DNA of 64,000 nucleotides from Macrostomum lignano (Eukaryota): NCBI GenBank assembly GCA_002269645.1, contig NIVC01003790.1, positions 1 to 64,000 of the forward strand, read 5' to 3'. Shown piece by piece: positions 46,953 to 59,319 of this stretch (position 1 is its first letter; each line of letters starts with the position of its first letter). The notes under the pieces were generated by a model. It saw only the letters and a program-made list of their open reading frames with translations, ran no database searches and was not told where the DNA came from. The position numbers and the translations under genes were made by a program.

Positions 46953-48340
46953 TCAGGCCCAGCTGGCGAGGTCGCTGCTGATTCTCTTCCGCCAGGCCGC
47001 CATCTCGGCTCCGCTGTCGTAGGGCAGATCAACCGTGGCGTCGAAGTGCGGCAGCAGGACGCAGTGTTTGCGCAACGGGTTACTATAGAAACCAACGCAG
47101 CCGAGGCGCCATTTGCAGGCGAGAGCGCAGGCCGCCTCGGTGATCTCGCCGTAGGCGCTGACGTCGATCGTCTCGCTGCAGCCCGGCCCGGTCTGCGAGT
47201 AGCCTACAATGTCCGCCTGCTCGAATTCGGCATTGTGCAGCGGCACGCAGCCTGGACCTCCGGCGCCGCCGATGCAGCTGCCAGCCGGGTGCTCGCAGTG
47301 GTAGCGCGCGTCCTCCCAGCAGTTGACATCGTGCAACCGGTTGGACTCGTTTATGTGCAGCACGCAGTTCTGCGTGTCTCCCTGATTGCCGGGCTCTCCG
47401 GAGGCCCACCAAGCGGAGCTGGTCAGGTTCATCTCCCGCAAACCCGGCATCACCTGCGAACATCGGGTTTAGAAAAGAAAACTTTCACTTATATACGAGC
47501 TATCAGGATCTTGGAGCCATCATCTCTCAGCAAGGTTAAACAGTTACTTGTTGAACGGAGGCTTCGGGCTTACCAAGTGAAGCCTCTTTGTTGGCTTTGC
47601 GACCAAAGTTCACTTGCAAATGATGCAGCAATGATACATACATGTACAACATGCAGTAATATGTACAACATACATGGCAATGCATACAACATAAAACTGA
47701 TAACTATAAACTGATTACACCTGCCCTAGTGGCCAGATGTGCAACTGACAGCTCAGCCGCACCTATTCCGCGGCGCATCTGAAGGCTGCGTACGGCTGTT
47801 CAGTCCAAGGACTGGGGGGTCGCCACACACACCCTCAATTACCCCAGCTAATTCTGGCACCCATTTTACAGCTGGGTGAGCTAAAGCAATGCAGAGTTGT
47901 CTTGCTCAAGGACACAGATTGTTCCAGTGGGGTCGGTAATCGAACCCCCGACTCCTATTTTTAGATAAATACAACATACACGGCAATGCAACAAACAATC
48001 CGCGCATCACCTGCCAACCATCGCGACTTCGATTCCGTTCGCGCAGCGCGTCGGTGACGCCCAGGAGAATCCAGCCGCTGGTGAACTGGGGCAGCGGCCT
48101 GGCTCGGGCGTAGGTGTTCGGCGTGAGCAGCCGGTGGCCCAGACGGGCGCAGACGTCCAGAGCGTCGCAGAATTTCAATGTACCGTTGGACACCGGGCTG
48201 AGGCAGGTCGGGGGACCGGCGCTGTCGTTCAGTAAGGAGTAACCGGGACTACAGGCGGCATTAGCCGCCGTCTGCTGCGGGAGACACAACAGCAGAAGCA
48301 GCAGACACGGGGCCGCGATGGCAGACACTTTGCACAGCAT
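46953..48340 (-). CDS. Secreted C-type lectin domain + PAN/apple domain protein, 2 exons, 276 aa
   Basis: Exons 48340-48011 and 47453-46953 join in phase 0. Signal peptide MLCKVSAIAAPCLLLLLLC; CTLD motifs WILLGVTD, WASGEPGN, NCV, LHDVNC, YHCE; then CALAC...CVGF...C.L (PAN-like Cys pattern). Confidence 0.85.
47685..47969 (-). mobile_element. 5'-truncated tRNA-SINE with CORE-like central domain in the lectin-gene intron
   Basis: GGTTCGATT B-box and GTGTCCTTGAGCAAGAC...CCCAGCTGTAAAATGGGTGCC. Flanked by a near-perfect 21-nt direct repeat at 47664-47684 and 47970-47990. Confidence 0.75.
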
Positions 48341-51300
48341 TTTCTCGCCGGCAGTATAAGCTTGTCTCGGTATTGGCAAAGCAAACCCTCAAACATTGAA
48401 GAGTAATGATGAATTGTCTCGGAAAGGCATTTATAAAGAAAGGATGGAGTAAAAATTCTCAGCCAAAGAAGCGTTTTCTCTGCGTCCCCCCCCCCAGCCT
48501 CTTTTTGTTGGCTGTTTCTCAGAAATTGCAGCTGCTCTCTCCCCCTCCATAGCCGCCCCTAAGGGATTTTAGTGAAGCAATTGCGGTTGCTTAGCAACAT
48601 TGCTTTAGCTCTGCCTCCGTTAGCATTAATTAGTCAGGCAAACTGAACCAACCGTATAGGGACTGATCATGAGAAGGATTTGGGCTTGGTAAAATTAAAA
48701 ATAGGAAGGCAGTAGACTACAGGCAAAGGCAATCATGCAATCAAAGAAATTTCAATGCATGTAGATTTAAGACTTTATATAGTTGTTTTCCCATTTCGGA
48801 AATTTCATTAAATGAGTTTCTAAGTTCGAGGCTCTTGGTGGAGGACGCTTGCAGTTTGGCTTTACACGATGTGGTAACCATTACCGTACTTTCTGATTAT
48901 CATCTTCGTGTATTTTATGAGGTCATTCAACTTGGTTCTCAGTTTCATGCTACCGGCAGTGATACTCCGAGTGCAGCTGCAGTGTCATCCAGTGAGGTAT
49001 GCTGTTGACGTTCCTGTTTAGTTTTTAACGTTCTTCCTGCCGAAGCGATACGACCCCTGGTTCGATTCCCTTACGCTGCCACAGTAATTTGTGGCAATTG
49101 TGCACGAAAATTGGCCATGGGAAGCTTGTCGTACGATTCATACTCACGAGGGCCACGTCCCAAGGCACAGAGAGTGCACATGCTTGACATTTAGACAGTC
49201 AGGGCCGCTGTACACCCTGTGTGAGCGTGTGTGTGAGTGCGTGCTCAGGAGTCAGCGGAATGAGCAGAATTCCCTCAGCGCTGGTTATGGGACATTGTCG
49301 CCGAAGGCGTTCATCTATTGAGACAATATTATTATTGATTTTATCTGCAACAACGATATGGCTTTCTGCTGCGGCGATGCGTGGATGGATACAAATTATA
49401 GGACAGCTGCGGCTTCTGCAAACTTTTTCTACGCCTACGATCTCGCCCTGCTGTCCACGACCGCTAAAAGGGCGCCTAGACAGCTGAGCAGCCTGTTTGC
49501 ACCGTTGCGCCTGGATATTTTTTGTATTCCATTCGCGCATTGCCAGCAGGGCACGCACGCACCGTGTGTTGCAGAAACGTGACCGAATCACTAACTCTGT
49601 CTATTCAGCTGGGCAAACGAAACCAGCTATATATGCAAGCTATATACTATATACATATATCTGCATGTATTGTGCAAACCTTGTGGAAATAAATAATCCA
49701 TTTTTTCTCGTTTAACAATTTCTAAGGCATATCATAGTTGAAACTACATTATAACATTATCGATATTGTGTTAGTATGTGATTATCGAGCGGGGAAAATA
49801 AATACTGCATAATATTATACATGTACATATACTCTTAGCTCGGTTACGTCATATCATTGCGGCAGGTGTTGCATCTACTATACCCACATGCAGTTTACGG
49901 TAAAATGCAGTTGTGTATTTTTTCATCTTAATTGAATCTTTATTTGCATGCATGCATACAATATACCTTTCATGGGTATTGTAATTTTTGGGTAAAAAAA
50001 ATTTTGGTAAGTCAATAAAACGGGGCAGGACAATTATACATGTGGACAAGGCCGTTTATTAACTGAACTCAATTTTGAGCTTTTAAGATTCTGCTTCTTC
50101 CTCTTCTTGTTTCTTTCTTTAAGGTCCACATATAATAGCATCGTGCGATTGTGTATATGCAAAGACTGTATGCAAATACTACTGAAATACTGTATACGGC
50201 TAGGGGCAGGAGACAAACAATTTATGCGAAATTTATTGAATGCGAATTTTATAAATTATTTACAAATGTCATTGTTTCATTCTGAGCTTAATTTTTACTA
50301 GAAAATTCCTCCTTCAAATCCTGAAGTTGGACTTTCAAAAAAACTGTTTAAGGTACGCATTAAAATTTAATGATTAAACTGACGTCCCTGGAAACAGGCA
50401 AAGGGTAATAATTATCAGAATTGATAAGAACATTAGTATTAATATGAAATAAATGTAATAATCAAGGACAACTAAAGTAACGTATATTAAGTAGTCCTTG
50501 GTAATAATAATAATATTATTATTTATAAATGTAAGTTAGCGAACATAATGTTATTTGTTAATTACTTTTGTTTTTTATACTCCTTCAAGCATTTTCTCAC
50601 GGATTCGTTGAACATTAACGTACACATTATAACAAAGAGCAGCAAATCAATCTTTGACCGTGCAGTTTATTTACAAAGCATACTACAGAAAAATGTAGAA
50701 GCATGTTATATTTTAGTTTAGTAAATCAATTTGTGCTAAAATTACATTCATTTATTTCTAACCAAGCTACACTTTTGATACGGTTTCCGATTTACATTTT
50801 ATGATGTTAGAACATTAAATTGAGTGCCTGCGCAATACAGGGCTAAATTTATAATAGGGATAGACGGACCATGTGGGGTCGCTGGTGGAGGGCAGGTATC
50901 TCAATTTAGATTGCCAAATACAGTGTTTGATCAATATGGGAGAAATTTATGCTAAAGCTTACTTATTCCTGGTGAAAGAACTCCATTTTTATTAATATTC
51001 GTACTTCATTCTGCAATCAGAAAACTAAAACTTAAATCAGTCAATTTGCAACAAAATCTTATTAATTTCATAAAATACCATGGTTTAGAATCAAATAAGA
51101 CGGAGAAGAGTTGTACAATAACCCAAAAGGCTTATGTTTATTGTAAACTTTATTCCGAACTCGTCTGTACACTACAACTTTTGTACGTGCATCTGACTTT
51201 ATCGCTTATAAAACTTAAATACAAAAAAGGTTTAAGCTTAGTTTTACAGTAGTTGAAACTAGTGTTTTACTTTTCGCTATATTTATAGATTGTATTCACT

Positions 51301-52374
51301 GAAAATAAAATGCATTTTAACCAAAAATTTTGGAGTACAAAGTAGGTACTACAAAGTAGTAATTAGTTTTAGAAAGCATAAATAGTTCACTCTAACTTAT
51401 GAATTAAAAAATGTGATTATTATGTAGTAACATGCATATTTAGGTGTTTGAAAATTTAATATTTTATTTCTACAGTATGGTATAAAGTATTTCACATTAT
51501 CATTACATCGTTTGATAACACTTTGTAGGCCTAGCTCAGCTAAGTGGAATATAATTTGCATCCGATATAGCCTAGCAGAATTTATGACCAGACCCAGCAG
51601 TTTACGTACACATTATCTAAATAAGACCTAGCTTCTCCTTTGGATAAGTTGGGTTGGAATTGTTAATAAAATATATTGTTTACATAATCTAGAAGTTAAT
51701 TGTCTAGAAGTACAAAGTATATTGTCTAGAATTAAAAAGCTATCACTTTCAGACATTTTTACTATGATTATTAATTTCCCTGCTTCACAACAAGCTAAAT
51801 GGCTAACCTATACAAGTATAATAATAATGCTTATTGAAAGCAATTTTTAATTCCTGAATGCACTATTTGTTATGTGGGCCATGAAATTTCATAGCACAGT
51901 CTATGAAGAGACTCGCACTTATAAGCAAAAAGAATTTTAGGCTACAAGTACATTTGAATAAATTGTAAGCTAAGAAGCTCCTTAAATCGCTGATAATAAC
52001 TTGAAGTTTGTTTATTAACATGCACAACAATCAGTCAATTAAATTGCAGTTACATTGGATATTAATGAATTTATATATGGTTAGTTTCTAAGCTATCTGT
52101 GGATATTTTCGATGAAACTAACTTAGAATGTTGCTGATTGAGTACGGTACTGACCCTATACTACTATAAGCATTAGCCTACAAATCATTTACAGCCAGAG
52201 AAACTGTGGAGAAATGGCTGAGTGGCTCGCAGCCCGATGGCCAATGGCTGCTAAGCAGTTGAGCATTCGCTCTCGAAAATGCGGCCTCGAGCTTTCTAAA
52301 GCAAATCCGAAGCCTCTCGCGTCCAAGCTTCTCTGCCATAAAATCAATCGAGTCCAGTTCAACCCTGATCAGCA

Positions 52375-54215
52375 ATGTCTGTCATCATTCCCGACGGCTT
52401 CACCCAGCTACTGCAGGAGTTCACCGTGGCCGTCCTTCGCACCCGGCCTCCAAATTTGATCGAATTCGCTGCGGCGCATTTCAGACGGCTGGAGCAGCTG
52501 CAGCAGCAGCACGGCACCGCGTCAAAGGTGCAGTTCCAGCCGGCCCAGGAGCAGCAGCGGGGGCGCCACTCCGAATCTGACGCCGAAGACGAAGAGGCCC
52601 GAAAAAACGAGGACGACTCGGAAGAGGTGAGCGACGCCGACGCATCCCCACCGCCGCCGCCTCGTTCGGCCGCTCGGGGCGCCGGAGGCCGCCGGGTCAG
52701 CGTAGCGGCGCCCTCCTTCGACCCGGAGCAGCACGAGGCCACCTACGAGCGTCGGGTTGTGCCTAAAAGCGACGAACAACGCCGACGCTTGATGGAGGCG
52801 ATGCGGCACATCCTGCTGTTCCGCAGTCTGGAGAGGGCCGATCTTGGTCACGTGATCGATGCCATGGAGGAGCGCCTGGTGTCAGCTGGGACCTGCGTGA
52901 TCGAGCAGGACCAGGAGGGCGACAATTTCTACGTTGTCGAAAAAGGCATCTTCGAGGCGTTCGTACGCGACAGAGCAACCGGCACCAGCCGCCACGTGCT
53001 GACCTACAAGAACGAGGGCTCGTTTGGCGAGCTGGCGCTGATGTATTACTGCCCAAGGGCCGCCACCATTGTGGCCAAGACTGACGGCGTGCTGTGGTCG
53101 CTGGACATGGAGACCTTCCAGCAGAAGGTGCTCATGGCGGCTTTCAAGCACCGCAAGAAGTACGAAGCCTTTCTAGCGGCCGTGCCGCTGCTGGACGAGA
53201 TGACGCAGTACGAACGGCAAAATGTGGCGGATGCGCTGAGGTACGTCCTGTCAGCTCTGCCCACTTCACACTAATCTACCCCACTTCACACTAATCTACC
53301 CCACTTCACACTAATCTACCCCACTTCACACTAATCTACCCCACTTCATTCCAATCTACCCCACTTCACTCCAATCTACCCCACTTCACTCCAATCTACC
53401 CCACTTCACTCCAATCTACCCCACTTCACTCCAATCTACCCCACTTCACTCCAATCTACCCCACTTCACACTAATCTACCCCACTTCACACTAATCTACC
53501 CCACTTCACACTAATCTACCCCACTTCATTCCAATCTACCCCACTTCACTCCAATCTACCCCACTTCACTGCAATCTACCCCACCTCACTCCAAAATACC
53601 CTACTTCACTCCAATCTACCCCACTTCACGGCAATCTACCCCACTTCACTCCAATCTACCCCACTTCACTCCAATCTACCCCACTTCACTCCAATCTACC
53701 CCACTTCACTCCAATCTACCCCACTTCACTCCAATCTACCCCACTTCACTCCAATCTACCCCACTTCACTCCAATCTACCCCACTTCACTCCAATCTACC
53801 CCACTTCACTCCAATCTACCCCACTTCGCCTCGCAGGGAGCGCGAATTCTCGGATGGCGAGCCCATTATCCTGCAGGGCGACGTCGGCAACGAGATGTTC
53901 TTCATCGAGGACGGCAGTGTGCGGGTGATGCGCCGGCACAACGCCGCCGACAGCGGCCTGGAGACTCAGGTGAACCTGCTCGGCAAGGGTGCCTATTTCG
54001 GCGAGCTGGCGCTCATCACCAAGCGGCCGCGAGTCGCCAGCTGCTACGCCGTGGGCCCCACGCGGGTCTGCGTGCTGCACGTGTCCGACTTCGAGCGCCT
54101 GCTCGGCCCCTGCCTGACGGTCATGCGTCGCAACATTGACGCTTATAAGCGGCAGCTGGCCGAAATTTTTGGCGGCGATGAGGCGAGCGTACCGCTGCCC
54201 AGGGCCGATTGTTGA
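52375..54215 (+). CDS. PRKAR2: cAMP-dependent protein kinase type II regulatory subunit, 2 exons, 414 aa
   Basis: Exons 52375-53240 and 53837-54215. RII dimerisation/docking domain (LLQEFTVAVLR..P..LIEFAA.HF), RRVS inhibitor site, two cNMP cassettes FGELALMYYCPRAAT and FGELALITKRPRVAS. Confidence 0.95.
53270..53827 (+). repeat. 20-bp intronic minisatellite CCACTTCACTCCAATCTACC
   Basis: Fills almost the whole PKA-RII intron (53241-53836). Confidence 0.95.
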
Positions 54216-54299
54216 GAAGCGGCAGTTGCTTAGCGACGGAGTTTTTACCTTGGATACGTTGTGTTTAAATTTATAGTATGCTTTAATTTACGTATAAAT

Positions 54300-55250
54300 T
54301 CTGCCTGTTAGATATGACAGTTATCTACCTGTTAGATATGAGTGTGTTTGACAGTCATCTACCTGTTAGATATGAGTGTGTTGACAGTCATCTACCTGTT
54401 AGATATGAGTGTGTTGACAGTCATCTACCTGTTAGATATGAGTGTGTTGACAGTCATCTACCTGTTAGATATAAGTGTGTTTGACAGTCATCTACCTGTT
54501 AGATATGAGTGTGTTGACAGTCATCTACCTGTTAGATATGAGTGTGTTGACAGTCATCTACCTGTTAGATATGAGTGTGTTGACAGTCATCTACCTGTTA
54601 GATATGAGTGTGTTGACAGTCATCTACCTGTTAGATATAAGTGTGTTTGACAGTCATCTACCTGTTAGATATGAGTGTGTTGACAGTCATCTACCTGTTA
54701 GATATGAGTGTGTTGACAGTCATCTACCTGTTAGATATGAGTGTGTTGACAGTCATCTACCTGTTAGATATGAGTGTGTTGACAGTCATCTACCTGTTAG
54801 ATATGAGTGTGTTGACAGTCATCTACCTGTTAGATATGAGTGTGTTGACAGTCATCTACCTGTTAGATATGAGTGTGTTTGACAGTCTTAGACCTGTTAG
54901 ATATGAGTGTGTTTGACAGCCATGTACTCGTACCTGTTAGATATGACAGTCATCTACCTGTTAGATATGAGTGTGTTTGACAGCCATCTACCTGTTAGAT
55001 ATGAGTGTTTGACAGTCTTAGACCTGTTAGATATGAGTGTGTTTGACAGTCATCTACCTGTTAGATATGAGTGTGTTTGACAGCCATGTACCTGTTAGAT
55101 ATGAGTGTTTGACAGTCTTAGACCTGTTAGATATGAGTGTGTTTGACAGCCATGTACCTGTTAGATATGAGTGTGTTTGACAGCCATGTACCTGTTAGAT
55201 ATGAGTGTTTGACAGTCTTAGACCTGTTAGATATGGGTGTGTTTGAGTCA
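54300..55250. repeat. ~33-bp minisatellite CCTGTTAGATATGAGTGTGTTGACAGTCATCTA
   Basis: Starts about 85 bp after the PKA-RII stop codon. Confidence 0.95.
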
Positions 55251-56064
55251 TCTATAGTACTCGAAAACTGTTTAAATGTTGGACACGATACACTCTGATT
55301 AAGGAGCCTTTGCAAATCCATTAAATATTTGTTTGAACAATGAAAACACATCAATGTTAAATTATTCACGAGAATTTATGTTGAACCTTCGCCATTTTAG
55401 CTGTTTACATTGTCCAACACCACAAATTTGTCACGAACTGACACATTCAATGAAACTTACCCCATAAAATTGTTAACCCGATTAAAGAAAAGTCGTTTCA
55501 TTCTGTTCGCAGTCCTTGTCTAAGCGTATTTATTTATTTTGCTTGTTTTATTAGTGTCCTCTTAGGCATTGTGTTGGGCCTAATCCGTGGCTTACTAACC
55601 TGGCAGGTCAATCGCTTGGGATTTTTTTTTTTGATAAGCCGAGGGGCGCAGGATTTTAGCGGGGAAGATTATCTATGGAACAGATCTCCTCTCCGCTTGT
55701 CTCCTGCTCAGATGAGCTGCTCAGGTTCGAAGGCAGCAGAAATTGATACTCGATAAAGCGGCGGCTGGACAGCTTGTCTGAGTCAGCTCAAGCTGCAGTC
55801 TCTCTCTGCTCCTAATTACTGCAGCCATCGAATGGCCTCCTCTTCCTTTGTGTTCTCTCTTCTTCTGCCTCTTCCTCTTTCGCAGTGAAGGCGCATGCTG
55901 TTTTTCAAGCTTTCATAGCATAATATCTAGCCATGTGTGTGCCGGCATGACGATCTCTGGGTAATTCTTAGCGATTATTCTTGCTGTTCTGTCTACAATA
56001 CAATAGATCTGTTATCTTGTGTTCAAAGGATTATCAAGTGAATCAGTAAGACTGGGATGATCGG

Positions 56065-56450
56065 GACAGGAGTGACAGGAGTGAGAGACAGGAGTGACAG
56101 GAGTGACAGGAGTGAGAGACAGGAGTGACAGGAGTGACAGGAGTGAGAGACAGGAGTGACAGGAGTGAGAGACAGGACTGACAGGAGTGAGAGACAGGAG
56201 TGACAGGAGTGAGAGACAGGAGTGACAGGAGTGACAGGAGTGAGAGACAGGACTGACAGGAGTGAGAGACAGGACTGACAGGACTGACAGGAGTGAGAGA
56301 CAGGACTGACAGGAGTGAGAGACAGGACTGACAGGAGTGAGAGACAGGAGTGACAGGAGTGACAGGAGTGAGAGACAGGACTGACAGGAGTGAGAGACAG
56401 GACTGACAGGACTGACAGGAGTGAGAGACAGGAGTGACAGGAGTAACAGG
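56065..56450. repeat. Composite 9/13-bp minisatellite ACAGGAGTG(AGAG)
   Basis: Purine-rich tandem units. Confidence 0.9.
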
Positions 56451-56971
56451 AGTGAGGGAGAGAGTGAAATGAGTGAAGGACTGAGTGAGATGAGTGTGGG
56501 AGAGTGACATGAGAGATCGAGAAAGTGACAGAGGTGAAGGACAGAGATAGGAAGCAAAAAAGGTGAAGGGCAAAGTTATGAGGCGGATGCACAACGGAGT
56601 TGCTCAGCACTTACTGTAGCAGAAAACAGCAGGGACTGGCAGTCAAACTTCGGACAGGTCACCTCAATCGACCCCACCCGTCCGAAGCATCTGTCTCAGG
56701 GATCCTTGATCCGCCTTCTTTCTATCCATCTGTTCCTCTAGTTTTTGCCGGTCCCAATGTAGATCCTTTTCTTTTCCGTCGCTAATCCAGTAAATCCACA
56801 GAGATTTCAGCATATGGGTCATTGTATTTTGACTTTACTAGTCAGGAATAAGCCACTTCAGAGTATTTTTTGTTATGAAATTATTAGCAAAGTATGAAGA
56901 AGCTTTACCAAATAATTTGGCAGGGAAAACTAGATTATATTTTAAAACTATTCACTCGATTTCTTAGAAAT

Positions 56972-57285
56972 GAGCTGGAGGCGGGCCAAGAGGTCAGAGC
57001 GTCGGACTAACGACTTGCAGGTCGGTGGTTCGATTCTCAACCCACCCGGAACAATTTGTGTCCTTTTGTCAGCCAGAAGCACATGACTCTGCATTGCTCC
57101 AGTTCACCCAGCTGTAAAATGGGTGCCATCAATAGCTGGGGTAATTGAATCTCACATCGCTATTGCATTTAGTACGCTCTCGGTAAATCGGATTTTTCTC
57201 GATTGGATTTGTCTATGGTAAAACCCCATTCAGCGCTATGCATTCTCGAGAGCACACTAAGTGCACTGGCGATATAACAAATAAA
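56972..57285 (+). mobile_element. tRNA-derived SINE with CORE-like domain
   Basis: A-box-like GGGCCAAGAGG, B-box GGTTCGATTC, then ACCCACCCGGAACAATTTGTGTCC...CACCCAGCTGTAAAATGGGTGCC shared with 47685-47969. 3' limit approximate. Confidence 0.8.
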
Positions 57286-57383
57286 TGTTCCTTACCTGCC
57301 TCTAGTGCATTTCTAAGAAAATTGAGTGCCTTCTACTTCAGTTGTGCGTGTAATTCTGTTTGATACATAACCTAAAAAAGTCT

Positions 57384-58052
57384 AAATCCTTAATCTAAAT
57401 CCTAAGTGACGCTAAGTAAACAGCCGTGACGTTGTCCTGAATCTAAATCCTAAGTGACGCTAAGTAAACAGCCGTGACGTTGTCCTGAATCTAAATCCTA
57501 AGTGACGCTAAGTAAACAGCCGTGATGTTGTCCTGAATCTAAATCCTAAGTGACGCTAAGTAAACAGCCGTGATGTTGTCCTGAATCTAAATCCTAAGTG
57601 ACGCTAAGTAAACAGCCGTGACGTTGTCCTGAATCTAAATCCTAAGTGACGCTAAGTAAACAGCCGTGATGTTGTCCTGAATCTAAATCCTAAGTGACGC
57701 TAAGTAAACAGCCGTGACGTTGTCCTGAATCTAAATCCTAAGTGACGCTAAGTAAACAGCCGTGACGTTGTCCTGAATCTAAATCCTAAGTGACGCTAAG
57801 TAAACAGCCGTGACGTTGTCCTGAATCTAAATCCTAAGTGACGCTAAGTAAACAGCCGTGACGTTGTCCTGAATCTAAATCCTAAGTGACGCTAAGTAAA
57901 CAGCCGTGACGTTGTCCTGAATCTAAATCCTAAGTGACGCTAAGTAAACAGCCGTGACGTTGTCCTGAATCTAAATCCTAAGTGACGCTAAGTAAACAGC
58001 CGTGACGTTGTCCTGAATCTAAATCCTAAGTGACGCTAAGTAAACAGCCGTG
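57384..58052. repeat. 48-bp minisatellite AATCTAAATCCTAAGTGACGCTAAGTAAACAGCCGTGACGTTGTCCTG
   Basis: About 14 nearly identical units (period 57440/57488). Confidence 0.95.
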
Positions 58053-58619
58053 TCGTTGTTTTTATCAAAAATAAAGTTGAGCCATTGTAAATTAAGAACC
58101 GATTGACGCAAGCTAGACAATAATTAGGTGAATATCCGGATTAATTCCCAAGTTAGTTTGAATGCAAGCAAAATTCGACAATAAGCCCTGTGTTTCGCTT
58201 CCTCTCTGATCAAAATAGGATTTGAAGGAGAGCGGCCGTGAGCAGGTGCTCTGCAGGCAGCCTTCTCACCATGGCCAGCAGCAGACAATCGCTCCAATTA
58301 GTGACCCACTCCAGGTCTTCGGGCTTCCGGACACAGGAGTGGGAGGATGGGGGACAGGCGCCTCAGTCTCTATCCAATGTGCCTACCCCGTCCCAATCTA
58401 CTCGGCTGGGCGATGGCGGAGGCTGGGAGATCATCATCTGAGCTTAAGGAGATCTTAAACAAGAATTCGGATCGGAGCATGTCTTCTCTCATGTTATTGC
58501 AAGCCCTCATTTTTGAAACACGTGAAAAATTTACAACTTTTTTGTTTGTAAAATTTTGCAAAATTTACAAAAATCTAAAACCAAAAAATCTCGATTATTT
58601 TGGGAATCGGCTTTTTAGC

Positions 58620-58872
58620 GCTCATTTTAGCGCCACAGTCACTCATTTTTGCGCAGCAGGCACTCACTTTAGCACAGCAGTCACTCATTTTGTCGCCGCA
58701 GTCACTCATTTTAGTACGGCATTCACTCACTTTAGCGCCGCAGTCACTCATTTTAGCGCCGCAGTCACTCATTTCAGCGCAGCAGTCACTGATTTTAGCG
58801 CCGCAGTCACTCATTTTAGCGCCGCAGTCACTCATTTTAGCGCCGCAGTCACTCATTTTAGCGCCGCAGTCA
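58620..58872. repeat. 21-bp minisatellite, same family as 3632-4460
   Basis: CACTCATTTTAGCGCCGCAGT units. Confidence 0.93.
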
Positions 58873-59160
58873 CACTATAAAGACAAAGACAAAACAGCTG
58901 TCAAAGTTCTGATGATAATTTTTAGTAAGAAAGGATTAGGCTGAAACTCAAATTTCTCTACTGCATTAAAAACAGAGGAGTTGGGAGTAGGTCTGAGTAG
59001 GAGTTGACTCACCAGATTATCGCTCAAGTTCTCCTTGGCTCAGCAGCGCCGCACACACACATTGGGCAGATGAGGTCCTTCTATAATGCTATCGTTTCGT
59101 TTCAAGCTTCATTAGCATCGCACTGTCCAATCCTCCCGAATTCACGCCTCTTTCTCTCGA

Positions 59161-59319
59161 ATGCTTCAGCCCTTCCTCCTCCTCCTCATCGCCGCGGGTG
59201 TCCTGAGAAGCAAGCCAGCGCCAGCCCGAGGTGGCCCGCTGATAGAAGATCAACAAAAACGAATCTTTAGCCTCCCATCTATCCGTCTCCGCAGGGCAGC
59301 GCACTGGCTTGTCAATTAA
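59161..59319 (+). CDS. Candidate small secreted prepropeptide (52 aa)
   Basis: MLQPFLLLLIAAGVLRSKPAPARGGPLIEDQQKRIFSLPSIRLRRAAHWLVN*: hydrophobic N-terminus, short acidic spacer, KR site. Below the ORF-track cutoff; could instead be part of a longer spliced gene. Confidence 0.45.
   Translation: MLQPFLLLLIAAGVLRSKPAPARGGPLIEDQQKRIFSLPSIRLRRAAHWLVN

Noticed and set aside
47906-48010. C-terminal part of ORF 47906-48379 as coding
   Set aside because: It reads through the splice donor into intron and SINE sequence; the spliced form restores the lectin domain.
49200-49600. GC-richer patch with short ORFs upstream of the lectin gene
   Set aside because: No recognisable motif, no consistent frame or splice signals; left unannotated.
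43094-58360. Genome-wide UGA recoding (selenocysteine or alternative code) suggested by several in-frame TGAs
   Set aside because: FAM193, the lectin gene, PKA-RII and gag all terminate normally at TGA, so the isolated internal TGAs are better explained as mutations or non-coding sequence.
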